DNA of 64,000 bases from a virus (IMGVR_UViG_3300042484_001245:28931-92930); one strand, 5' to 3'; counted from the stretch's first letter, positions 47,573-56,492 are shown. A program made the numbers and translations. The notes: a model not told the origin generated them from the letters alone.

Positions 47573-48289
47573 ATGAAACGTTTCAAAGTATTCATTACAG
47601 AGTCACACGACGATCTTCATGAAGATGCTGAGTATCAAGGTAAGAAAGTTACTTTGAACAAGCCATTCAGAACTCCAGATGGACCAAAGAAATTTTCTGT
47701 GTATGTAAAGAATGACAATGGTAACGTTGTCAAAGTCAACTTCGGTGATCCCAATATGGAGATTAAGCGTGATGATCCTGAGCGTAGAGCAAATTACAGA
47801 GCACGCCACAATTGTGATGATCCCGGACCTAAGTGGAAAGCAAACTACTGGTCATGCAAGATGTGGTCTTCAAAACCAGTCTCTAAGATTGCAGAGAATG
47901 TTGATGTGTCTCAAGCCGCAAAACTGTTCTCTAAGTTTTTGAGAACTACTGGTGCTCCAGACAAAGTTTCTACATTCACATCGACAAAGAAAAATGTGTT
48001 CAAAGGGCAATCAGCTAAATGGGAATACGTTGTTGATATGGACAAGAAAACTGTATCGGCACGTCAACGTTCTAGCATGAATGATGCTGTGTATGTGTGG
48101 GATGATAAGACTAACGCAATTAAAATTGTTGAGTCTAAGACCAACTTAACTGAAGCAGCACCACCTGACGCAGAAGTTGAGCAGTGGATTAAAGACAACA
48201 AAGAAAGATTTAAGAAAGAGTATGGTGCAGAAGAGGGTGAAAAGATTCTCTATGCAAAGGCTTGGAAAATGTATAATGATAAAAAGTAG
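47573..48289 (+). CDS. Multi-module putative internal head protein
   Basis: Leader MKRFKVFITE; modules V.FGDPNM..RR.NYRARHNC..YWSC and FKKEYG..ILYAKAWK. Confidence 0.65.
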   Translation: MKRFKVFITESHDDLHEDAEYQGKKVTLNKPFRTPDGPKKFSVYVKNDNGNVVKVNFGDPNMEIKRDDPERRANYRARHNCDDPGPKWKANYWSCKMWSSKPVSKIAENVDVSQAAKLFSKFLRTTGAPDKVSTFTSTKKNVFKGQSAKWEYVVDMDKKTVSARQRSSMNDAVYVWDDKTNAIKIVESKTNLTEAAPPDAEVEQWIKDNKERFKKEYGAEEGEKILYAKAWKMYNDKK

Positions 48290-48298
48290 GAGAATGTT

Positions 48299-48541
48299 AT
48301 GATCGTAAAACCTTTATCACAAGAAGTCACACTCGCATCTGCAACTGATGTTGAGCTTGCATCTGTTGTTCGTGTTGTCAATACTGGCAGTACAACTACT
48401 GTTACTGTCAAAGATGGTGACACAACAGTAGCATCGCTGACTGTAGCAGCTGGCGAAGTTTTGAATATTCAAAAGACACCTTCGCATACATTGTTGGCAA
48501 CAGCATCAGTAAAAGCAGTGAAGATTGCACACACAAACTAA
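48299..48541 (+). CDS. Small beta-rich hypothetical protein
   Basis: aggag SD; Val/Thr/Ala-rich 80 aa. Confidence 0.6.
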   Translation: MIVKPLSQEVTLASATDVELASVVRVVNTGSTTTVTVKDGDTTVASLTVAAGEVLNIQKTPSHTLLATASVKAVKIAHTN

Positions 48542-49599
48542 TGAAAAGTTTTGTTGAATACATCACGGAGGCTAATCCAGTTGTCGATAAACAATATCGC
48601 AGCGAAGCCCTGCACGTATTCAATCGAATTATTGCCAAGCTAGAAAATCTAGTCAAAGCAAAATCAACACAGCACATGAAGATTGAGCAATCGACTCGAT
48701 CTCCTGTTTTGTATTTTGATCTTGGTGAATTTCTTGGTGATGGTCGATACAAAGGTGTTAGACTATCATTTGATAGTGTCAATCGCAATTATGGTGGGGC
48801 GTACGGCAATGAATATGGTAAAATTGAACTTGTTCTTGCCATTATGAACATGAGAAAGGTGCGAGATCCTAAATATAAAATGACCAACACCTCATATGAT
48901 GATCATAATGGTTGGGAGTATTCTCCAGCATTTCTTAATTGGGAGGACTCAAGTAATTATGAACACCTTTTGGATACTATAAAGAGAAAGAAAGAAGAAG
49001 TGCGAGACGTTTTTGTTCATGAGTTTATTCATCACATGGACACATTTCGATACAAAAAGTCTGCATACAAATCAGAGCCATCATACAACGACAGAACTGG
49101 CTACGGTCAAGAATATTTCAATCATCCAAAAGAGCTGAACGCCCACACACAAGAAATGATCATGAATATTGATGAGTGGTATAAAACATACTACCTCAGT
49201 ATCGCTACAACACTCAAATCAAATTTTGTAAAGAAGTTTAACTCGGCAAATAATCAAGACCAATATGAAGATGCGATGTTTCTCGCTCATAAGTTTGCAT
49301 TGAACTACGATATGTTTGTTCAATACATTTCGGACAAAAATTTTGCCATAAAAGAGATTAGAGAAAAGATACCTAGAGGAAAACACATTTTCGGAAAACA
49401 CTTAACGGTTGATAACAAGAAAAAGGTTTTAGCTAGACTGTATCAATACTATGATGAAGTGTTGAAGAAGAGGTTTCAGCTTCTTAAATCTACGCTAGAT
49501 AAATTACCAAAGCAATTAAACAATCCAGAAGCCGCAGCGTATGTAAAACTTCATGCGCCTGATGCATACAAAACTCTTCGTAAACTGGGTATGAAATGA
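48541..49599 (+). CDS. HExxH metalloprotease-like protein with capsid-targeting leader
   Basis: Leader MKSFVEYITE; VHEFIHHMD and downstream YFNHPKELNAH. Confidence 0.65.
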   Translation: MKSFVEYITEANPVVDKQYRSEALHVFNRIIAKLENLVKAKSTQHMKIEQSTRSPVLYFDLGEFLGDGRYKGVRLSFDSVNRNYGGAYGNEYGKIELVLAIMNMRKVRDPKYKMTNTSYDDHNGWEYSPAFLNWEDSSNYEHLLDTIKRKKEEVRDVFVHEFIHHMDTFRYKKSAYKSEPSYNDRTGYGQEYFNHPKELNAHTQEMIMNIDEWYKTYYLSIATTLKSNFVKKFNSANNQDQYEDAMFLAHKFALNYDMFVQYISDKNFAIKEIREKIPRGKHIFGKHLTVDNKKKVLARLYQYYDEVLKKRFQLLKSTLDKLPKQLNNPEAAAYVKLHAPDAYKTLRKLGMK

Positions 49600-50609
49600 A
49601 AACTTTAGTAGAAGTTGTAAAGAAGAAAAAAGCAGTGTTCGCTTTTGGACGAATGAATCCTCCTACTATTGGTCACGAAAAACTCATCAACAAAGTAATT
49701 GCAGTTGCACGAAAAGAAAACGCAGAGCCGTTTATATTTGTTTCTCATACACAAGATTCAAAGAAGAATCCCTTGTCAAGTAAGCAGAAAGCAAAATACT
49801 TGAGACTTGGAGTTCCAGCAGCTGAAAAACACATCAAAGCAGAATCAACAATCAAAACTCCATTTGATGCTCTTGGTCATTTGATTGATCTTGGCTACAC
49901 TGATGTCATCATGATTGCTGGTGATGATCGTGTTGCAGATTTCAAAAAGTCTATTGGCAGTTATGTTAATCATCCAGATCCTGATAAGAGCTTTGAGTTA
50001 AACTCATTCAAAGTTGTTAGTGCAGGTGCTCGTGATCCAGATGCTGATGGTGCTGAAGGAATGAGCGCAACGAAAATGCGACAAGCTGCGACATCAAATG
50101 ATTTTGCATCTTTCAAGAAAGGTGTGCCATCGAATCTCAGTGACAAGTTTGCTCGTGAGATGTTTGATGAAATTCGCAAAGCTATGCACATTGTTGAAAT
50201 GGTCGAAGAGATTCAAAAACTCAAGAACACTCTCAATATACCACGCAAGAATATGCCACAGATCAAGCGAGAGTTCATACCAGATTTTATTAAGAGACTT
50301 GACAAACTTGGTGTTGACGTTGCAAAGCGTGATGTAAGCGTTCGCACTCTCAAGCCAACACAGTCAGAAGTGAACATGAATAAGGTGCGTGAGAAGCACG
50401 AGAAGTTTGTGAGTGGTAAGAAAGAGCCTAAGCCATTCATCGTATCATACGACAACTTTATATTGGACGGTCACCATCAGTTGTTGGCTCTTCAGACTTT
50501 GGATAAAGACATTAAAGTGCCATGCTACGTCATTGGCATACGAATGAAAGACTTATTGCAGTACGCACATGACTATCCAAAGACAACTTATAAAGACATA
50601 GACGACTAA
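49596..50609 (+). CDS. HIGH-family nucleotidyltransferase (cytidyltransferase-like) fused to a ParB-like domain
   Basis: FGRMNPPTIGH, KNPL, GDDR, MSATKMR; C-terminal LKPTQ..ILDGHH. Confidence 0.8.
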   Translation: MKTLVEVVKKKKAVFAFGRMNPPTIGHEKLINKVIAVARKENAEPFIFVSHTQDSKKNPLSSKQKAKYLRLGVPAAEKHIKAESTIKTPFDALGHLIDLGYTDVIMIAGDDRVADFKKSIGSYVNHPDPDKSFELNSFKVVSAGARDPDADGAEGMSATKMRQAATSNDFASFKKGVPSNLSDKFAREMFDEIRKAMHIVEMVEEIQKLKNTLNIPRKNMPQIKREFIPDFIKRLDKLGVDVAKRDVSVRTLKPTQSEVNMNKVREKHEKFVSGKKEPKPFIVSYDNFILDGHHQLLALQTLDKDIKVPCYVIGIRMKDLLQYAHDYPKTTYKDIDD

Positions 50610-50620
50610 ATACGAATACT

Positions 50621-50938
50621 ATGAAAGACTTCAAAACATTCATAAACGAAGCAGCAGACACGTCACCCTCGGCTGAAGACCGTGCTCGTGAGCGCATCAA
50701 TCGTGAGAAAGAAGCGGCAAAGATTCGCCAGAATCGTGAGTTGGAACGTGCTCGTGAACAAGACTTTAGAAAGAAAGTTGCTGACAGAAAAGCAGCTGAA
50801 GTAAAGAAGAACGCAGAGCGAGCCCTTGGTGAAGAAGATGTTGTTACAACAGACGACACCGAAGAAGTGACTGAGTATGTTGAAGATGGCACACCTGAAG
50901 CTGTAGCAGCATATCGAAAAGCTACGCCAGGAATCTAG
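50621..50938 (+). CDS. Small charged putative internal head protein
   Basis: Leader MKDFKTFINE; late box at 50605; C-terminal GT......Y...TPG. Confidence 0.65.
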   Translation: MKDFKTFINEAADTSPSAEDRARERINREKEAAKIRQNRELERAREQDFRKKVADRKAAEVKKNAERALGEEDVVTTDDTEEVTEYVEDGTPEAVAAYRKATPGI

Positions 50939-50986
50939 TATACATAGTAGTGACGTTGACTTAATTTTTGTTTAATGGAGAATAAT

Positions 50987-51277
50987 ATGAGTAATGATAC
51001 AGCACAAACAACTGAGCAGACAACTGAAGAAACAACCGCAGAGGCAACAGCCGTTGCTGAACTTCCAGTATTGACGACTGAGCAAGAAATCGCAGCACTT
51101 CGTAGTGTTCATGAGTTTCTTTCTAAGTTTGATCGTGTACCTGGGTTTCTTGCTAATCAATGGTCGCAAGCTCTCGACACGGTAGCAGTAGTTGCAAATT
51201 CTCTCATCAGAAAAGCAACAGATGCTAACGCACAAACTACAACTGAAGCTCAAACTGAAGACACAATCACTCAATAA
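50987..51277 (+). CDS. Hypothetical Thr/Glu-rich protein
   Basis: ggag SD; fills the operon. Confidence 0.55.
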   Translation: MSNDTAQTTEQTTEETTAEATAVAELPVLTTEQEIAALRSVHEFLSKFDRVPGFLANQWSQALDTVAVVANSLIRKATDANAQTTTEAQTEDTITQ

Positions 51278-51292
51278 TTTTGTGGTGTTGTT

Positions 51293-51478
51293 ATGCCATA
51301 CTATGAATACGAGTGTAAGAAGTGTGGAATAGTTGAAGTTCGACAGAGCATTACTGATGAGCCGTTGAAGAAGTGTCCTGTTTGTGACGCAAAAGTAAAA
51401 CGCATCATATCTGCTACTGCCGATCCTCAATTCAAAGGCTCAGGCTTTTACACAACTGATTACGTGAAGAAAAAGTAA
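51293..51478 (+). CDS. FmdB-family zinc-ribbon protein
   Basis: MPYYEYECKKCG..CPVC..FKGSGFYTTDY. Confidence 0.9.
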   Translation: MPYYEYECKKCGIVEVRQSITDEPLKKCPVCDAKVKRIISATADPQFKGSGFYTTDYVKKK

Positions 51479-52347
51479 TGTCAATCGTTGCTTGCAAATA
51501 CTTTGAAGATATTGGCTGGGTAATTGCCAAGAATCGAGATAGGTCGTACAAACCTCTCATTCGTGTGCGCAAGTCTTTTCGCAATAATGTTGAAAGACTT
51601 TTACTCTGGGACCAAAAGACAAAGTACACTGAAGGCGTAAACGAATACGGTGTTGCTATTGTTTCAGCTAGTATCTCAACTACTACTGATGAGATTGAGG
51701 GGGCAATAGCAACAAAGTACAATTCACGATTGACTAAGACGCCACGAGTCTATTACTCACCAGACGGTCTGCGAATTCGCAAAGCACTTTTTGAAAAGAC
51801 TGCGTTCGATGCAATTCGTAAAGTCATCGAGTTTCAAATACCAGGTAACACCATTGTTGCAGACAAAGACAGATGCTTTTTGATCGAAGCCGGCTTTCTA
51901 AACACAAATGAGTATGTGTATGAAGTTGTCGAAGTTCCAACAACACATATTGCAGTAAGAACAAATCACGGCATCTTTTTACCGTGGACTGGGTACAGTG
52001 CTGATGTGCCGCAAGAAGTATCAAAGCGACGAAGTTCTGAAGTTCGATATGAAAAAGTCAACGAGGGTCTAAAACGTGCATCAACGTTTGAACAGTTTGT
52101 CGATGTGTTGTCAAACAGTAATGATAGCAATCCACAAATGAACCCATTGCGTGTAGATCCAAGAAAAGGTGCTATGCGAACGTCTGGTCAAATCTTCATT
52201 GTTCCAAAAGACAAAACCTTGCACTATAGACCTATATGGTGTGATACCGTGTTCAATCTGGATAAGCTAAATACAGTCACAGAGAAAACTTTCTTTGAAG
52301 TTGTATCAACAAGAAAGTTGATAAGTTTTACAAATCATTCCATGTAG
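51478..52347 (+). CDS. Ntn-hydrolase-fold protein
   Basis: N-terminal residue-2 nucleophile position, KNRDR, EGVNEYG, RTNHG, SS..RY. Confidence 0.65.
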   Translation: MSIVACKYFEDIGWVIAKNRDRSYKPLIRVRKSFRNNVERLLLWDQKTKYTEGVNEYGVAIVSASISTTTDEIEGAIATKYNSRLTKTPRVYYSPDGLRIRKALFEKTAFDAIRKVIEFQIPGNTIVADKDRCFLIEAGFLNTNEYVYEVVEVPTTHIAVRTNHGIFLPWTGYSADVPQEVSKRRSSEVRYEKVNEGLKRASTFEQFVDVLSNSNDSNPQMNPLRVDPRKGAMRTSGQIFIVPKDKTLHYRPIWCDTVFNLDKLNTVTEKTFFEVVSTRKLISFTNHSM

Positions 52348-52354
52348 GGGAATC

Positions 52355-53464
52355 ATGGCATCTATAAAAGACGTATCCAAATCGCTTATTAACGCAGTGA
52401 GCGAAGTTGTTACAAAAAGTTCAGAACACAGAGCTAAATTAGAGCGAGCTGTGTTTGTTGAAGCACTCAAAAAGTTTAAGGTATCGTCTGTATCAGAACT
52501 AGCTGAACAGGATAAGAAAGCATTTCATGCTTACGTTCAGAATCAGTTGACTGAATCTGATTGTTCTTGTGGTTCTATGGATGAAGACGATATGCCTGGA
52601 GATGAAGTATATCACAAAGGTGGAGATGAAGATGCTGAGAAAAAGAAAGAACTTGGTGAAGACGAAGACGAAGAAGATTCGAGCGTTGACGCCTCCGACT
52701 CAGAAGAGAAAGACGATATTGAAGAGCGTTGCTGGGACGGCTACAAACCTACGCCTGGTGTAAAGGCATATGAAAAGGGTTCTTGCATGAAAGAAGGTGC
52801 AGACCCCGATGAGCTTGCAACAAATGGAGCACTTGGTGTCACTGATGCTTCAAAGCAACTTCCTGTTCACGCTGATGTTCTCAAAGATTCTTCCCCCGTC
52901 GATGGAACAACAGAATACAGACTCTTTGCACAATTCAACACAAACACTTTGCCACAGATTGTTCCGCCAGTAACTCTTCCCGGTGCACCAACAGTTGATG
53001 CGCTTCGTGATATTGTTGAGGGACTTCCTTGGTTCTGTGATGTATGCGAAAGGGCACTTGCTGACGCAAGTGACTCTCCCCATCAAAGAGTAGCAGACGA
53101 AACAACTGAAGTAAATGAGTCGTACATAGCCACACCTTACGATAAGAAAGTGATGGCAACAATAAAAAATACTGTAAAAGCTCACGAGGTAACTGTTAGT
53201 GACACTTTAACTAAAGGCCTTCATGTTCATAAATTCACAGCTGTTGTTGATAAACCTGAACTTGCGCCTGAGATCCAAATAATTCATGTTAGTGAAGAGC
53301 CTAGCAGAAAAGCTCCCGGAAAATCTGTATGGCGAGTTCAATCGGACATAAACGGCTATGGTATTGAAAGTCTTGTTAGTGAGCCATATCTTCCTGGTGT
53401 TGAGCTTAAAGCACTTCAAGCATTGAAGGATGTTCTTGCAAAAGTATTTTTGCAAAATAAATAA
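52355..53464 (+). CDS. Acidic multi-module putative internal head protein
   Basis: ALKKFKVSSVSEL...KKAF module, CWDGY..PG......SC module, several hydrophobic-x-E junctions. Confidence 0.55.
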   Translation: MASIKDVSKSLINAVSEVVTKSSEHRAKLERAVFVEALKKFKVSSVSELAEQDKKAFHAYVQNQLTESDCSCGSMDEDDMPGDEVYHKGGDEDAEKKKELGEDEDEEDSSVDASDSEEKDDIEERCWDGYKPTPGVKAYEKGSCMKEGADPDELATNGALGVTDASKQLPVHADVLKDSSPVDGTTEYRLFAQFNTNTLPQIVPPVTLPGAPTVDALRDIVEGLPWFCDVCERALADASDSPHQRVADETTEVNESYIATPYDKKVMATIKNTVKAHEVTVSDTLTKGLHVHKFTAVVDKPELAPEIQIIHVSEEPSRKAPGKSVWRVQSDINGYGIESLVSEPYLPGVELKALQALKDVLAKVFLQNK

Positions 53465-53468
53465 TTGT

Positions 53469-54056
53469 ATGAAATCGTTTCGCACATATTTGAAAGAAGA
53501 TGTTGAGGTAGACAGTGACGTTGCGGTAACAACTGCACTTCCTGAAATCTATCTTGATATGGACGAAACAATCGTAGACTGGATGAAAGGTGCTGACGAA
53601 GCTCTTGAGCGAGCTGGCAAGCCATCATGGAATGATTCATACTGGACAGAGAATCACACTGAAGAAGAAGCTGAAAAGATCAAGTGGCAGATTCTTAATA
53701 CTACACCAAACTTCTGGGAGAATCTTGAATTTCTACCTGACGGTAAAGCCCTCTGGAACTTTGTGAAGAAGTACAAGCCACACATTCTCAGTGCCTGTGG
53801 CACACTCGCCACTACGTGTAAGAATGGCAAGAAACGTTGGTTAGCAAAGTTCTTAGGGTATAAAAACCTTGGTAACATTCATCTTGTAAAGCGTTCACAG
53901 AAAAAAGATTTTGCTGTTGTTGATGGTAAGCCCACAATACTTATTGACGATTTCATCAAGAATTGTCAAGAGTACAAAGCTCATGGTGGGCTGGCAATTC
54001 AGCGCACAACTACTATAGAAGTGATTAGTAAATTAAAGCGTCTGGGATTCAAATAA
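53469..54056 (+). CDS. HAD-superfamily 5'(3')-nucleotidase/phosphatase with capsid-targeting leader
   Basis: Leader MKSFRTYLKE; IYLDMDETI, ILS, K, ILIDD. Confidence 0.8.
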   Translation: MKSFRTYLKEDVEVDSDVAVTTALPEIYLDMDETIVDWMKGADEALERAGKPSWNDSYWTENHTEEEAEKIKWQILNTTPNFWENLEFLPDGKALWNFVKKYKPHILSACGTLATTCKNGKKRWLAKFLGYKNLGNIHLVKRSQKKDFAVVDGKPTILIDDFIKNCQEYKAHGGLAIQRTTTIEVISKLKRLGFK

Positions 54057-54089
54057 ATAAAGTATAACTTTTAATTGGAGATAATTGAT

Positions 54090-54947
54090 ATGTCACTTTG
54101 GGGTAAAGAAGATAAGACGACAGCTCGACCAAAATCAGTTAAGCTAAAAGCTAACGGTACCCTCGCTCATGATGCATCTGGTAAGAAACTGGTATACTTG
54201 TCTAAAGAAGAAGCTATTGCAAACTCTACTAAGGGTGCATCTGGTGCTGGTTGGTACACTGTTCTTACTACTAAGAAAGGTACGGCTGAAGAGCGCACAC
54301 GTCTTGAACTTCTTATCGCAATCTCTGATGAAGATAGAGTGTCAATTAATAATGTTGAGTTTATAGAAGCAGATTTATTTAATAGTAATGTTCTTGCTAA
54401 TGGTGGTGCCGCTGCTGGAATAGAAGATCCTAATGGTCGTCCTGGATGGTATTTCAAAAACGATTCCTCTGGAAAAAAGGTTAATTGGTATTATTTTGAT
54501 GGTCAAGCATACAATATAAATTTGAGTGATTTTTCTGCGTATGCTGTAGTCACTCTTGATTCTACAACTTCACGTCCATTTTTAGCACTGTATAGCAAAC
54601 CCACAGGAGCCGGAGATATTATACCTGGGTTTGCTCGCTCAAGTAGGGTATATACTTGGCCAGCAGGCGCCGTTGCGGGAACAAAATATTTGATATATTT
54701 TGGACAAAATCCTAATGTTCATTTAGACTTACCAAGAGTTGAATTAACACCAGGAATAACTAGAGGACCTTTCCTACCCACAGAAAAAGTGGCAACTATA
54801 TCTTTGCACTCTGACTCAGGATCTTCTGTAAATAATGTTCAGTTTGTTGTAGAAAATTTGGGTATTAATTCTACCACAGTAAAAGCTGACGTAGAATTAA
54901 AACTCGATGTTAGTGACGTAACTGAAGACGATGCTGGCCTAGAATAA
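54090..54947 (+). CDS. Putative virion structural/decoration protein
   Basis: MSLWG start and GW..R.R.ELLIAI motif seen in T4-like structural proteins; late box at 54052. Confidence 0.5.
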   Translation: MSLWGKEDKTTARPKSVKLKANGTLAHDASGKKLVYLSKEEAIANSTKGASGAGWYTVLTTKKGTAEERTRLELLIAISDEDRVSINNVEFIEADLFNSNVLANGGAAAGIEDPNGRPGWYFKNDSSGKKVNWYYFDGQAYNINLSDFSAYAVVTLDSTTSRPFLALYSKPTGAGDIIPGFARSSRVYTWPAGAVAGTKYLIYFGQNPNVHLDLPRVELTPGITRGPFLPTEKVATISLHSDSGSSVNNVQFVVENLGINSTTVKADVELKLDVSDVTEDDAGLE

Positions 54948-54977
54948 TCTTAATCAGAACATTGTCGTAGTTATATC

Positions 54978-55391
54978 ATGCTAGATGAATTTTTTGAAGA
55001 TATGGGCATAAGATTGACAGAAAAAAATGTTGTCATGTATGCTATGAAACATTACGACAATGTTCAGTGCATCGACATTGATGAGTTCTATGACGACTTA
55101 AAGCGCATTAACTACATCAAACGTTTGTTTGTTCGTTACAAGAATGAAAATGAACTAAAAGAACGATTGATTCTTAACCATCTCATTATTTTGTTTAATG
55201 TGTTTCCTGTAAACGTTGCAACCAATCTTTTGTTCTTCAAGATAGACGGTGAACACTGGTCGCAGCTAAAAACGTTTCTTGTATATCTGAACTATATGCC
55301 AGAAAAGCTAACGTTTTTAGAAAATTGTGAGATCATCACCAGTGACATACCACTTGACTCTCACATCATATCTGTTTTGAGGTGCTTATGA
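54978..55391 (+). CDS. Conserved T4-like hypothetical protein
   Basis: YAMKHYDN.QC...EFYDDLKR..YIKRL, ERLILNHLIILFNVF, LKTFLVYLNYMP. Confidence 0.75.
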   Translation: MLDEFFEDMGIRLTEKNVVMYAMKHYDNVQCIDIDEFYDDLKRINYIKRLFVRYKNENELKERLILNHLIILFNVFPVNVATNLLFFKIDGEHWSQLKTFLVYLNYMPEKLTFLENCEIITSDIPLDSHIISVLRCL

Positions 55392-55738
55392 AAACGTATC
55401 GCCAACTCATTACTGAAGCAAAGTCATTCTCAAAAGATGATGCACATCGTATCGGCGATAAACTAGACGTAAATTGGGACAAAGTTGACATCGAGCAATT
55501 CAGAATTGGTCTTGGCGTCGAAAGTGAGCACGATGATGGATCTGAGCTTGATGTTGTTGGATCTGAAAAAGACTTAGGCAAGATCGTACTCGCACACTTA
55601 ACAGAACTTCCAGATTACTACACAAAACTCAAGCAAGTTGAAGAAGAGGGTGTTCCAGCAAATTCAATCTCTGGTGGTGGAATCGCAAACATAGATCAAC
55701 CCCTCGTTCGCAAGAAACCAAAAAACGAAAGCAAATAA
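55388..55738 (+). CDS. Small putative internal head protein
   Basis: Leader MKTYRQLITE; G..VE.EH..I.LAHL.E.PDYYTKL metal-binding-like motif. Confidence 0.7.
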   Translation: MKTYRQLITEAKSFSKDDAHRIGDKLDVNWDKVDIEQFRIGLGVESEHDDGSELDVVGSEKDLGKIVLAHLTELPDYYTKLKQVEEEGVPANSISGGGIANIDQPLVRKKPKNESK

Positions 55739-55819
55739 TCTCATCAAAAGTTTGATAATTTCCGAACCTATGTTATTATTAAACGTAGGTAATAATTGGA
55801 TATTATCATAAATACTACT

Positions 55820-56152
55820 ATGGATGAGAAAGACGACAAGCAACCAGACAATCTCTTCGACTCTTTAGGTCTCGAAGTGAAGTTTGGTGATGTAGAAGTG
55901 GGACAAACGTACCCCATCTACGGGATGATAACTGACATAATCTCAGACACGCCGGGTGATGTCATTGTCATGGTCAACTACAATATCGAAATGCGCATGA
56001 ATGTAGAAGATGCTGAGAAACTTGCACTTCTTAAACGAAAATGTTTTGAGCCAGGAATTTTTGTTTGTGCCATAAGTCACACTGAGCCATCTGTTAAAGG
56101 AGATTGTGTGACAGTTGTCTTTGGTAAAAGTAGCACTTCGGAAATGCACTAA
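55820..56152 (+). CDS. Hypothetical protein
   Basis: CATAAATA box just upstream. Confidence 0.55.
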   Translation: MDEKDDKQPDNLFDSLGLEVKFGDVEVGQTYPIYGMITDIISDTPGDVIVMVNYNIEMRMNVEDAEKLALLKRKCFEPGIFVCAISHTEPSVKGDCVTVVFGKSSTSEMH

Positions 56153-56153
56153 T

Positions 56154-56489
56154 ATGAAAACTTTTATAGAATTGCGAGAAGAACTTTACGCTGGCATCAA
56201 ACAGCTCAAGTCATCTATTGATGACGCTATGATCAATATGTCGAAGATGTATGGTGAAGAACACTATGCAATTCAAAGATTGAAATCGTACTATCCTGCA
56301 TTAGACAAGCAGTTAGAATATGCAAACGATTTAGATGAATCAATGCGAACGGGAAATCACGAAGAGACGGCGCAAGCAATTGCACGAATACAAGCCATCT
56401 CCGACATGATTCGCACTGATGCCAAATCACTTTTGAACAGTCTACATACAGGAAAGGATATCATACCAGATACAAAATCACTACACTAA
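56154..56489 (+). CDS. Hypothetical helical protein
   Basis: Starts MKTFIELREE, a weaker match to the leader. Confidence 0.55.
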   Translation: MKTFIELREELYAGIKQLKSSIDDAMINMSKMYGEEHYAIQRLKSYYPALDKQLEYANDLDESMRTGNHEETAQAIARIQAISDMIRTDAKSLLNSLHTGKDIIPDTKSLH

Positions 56490-56492
56490 GAT

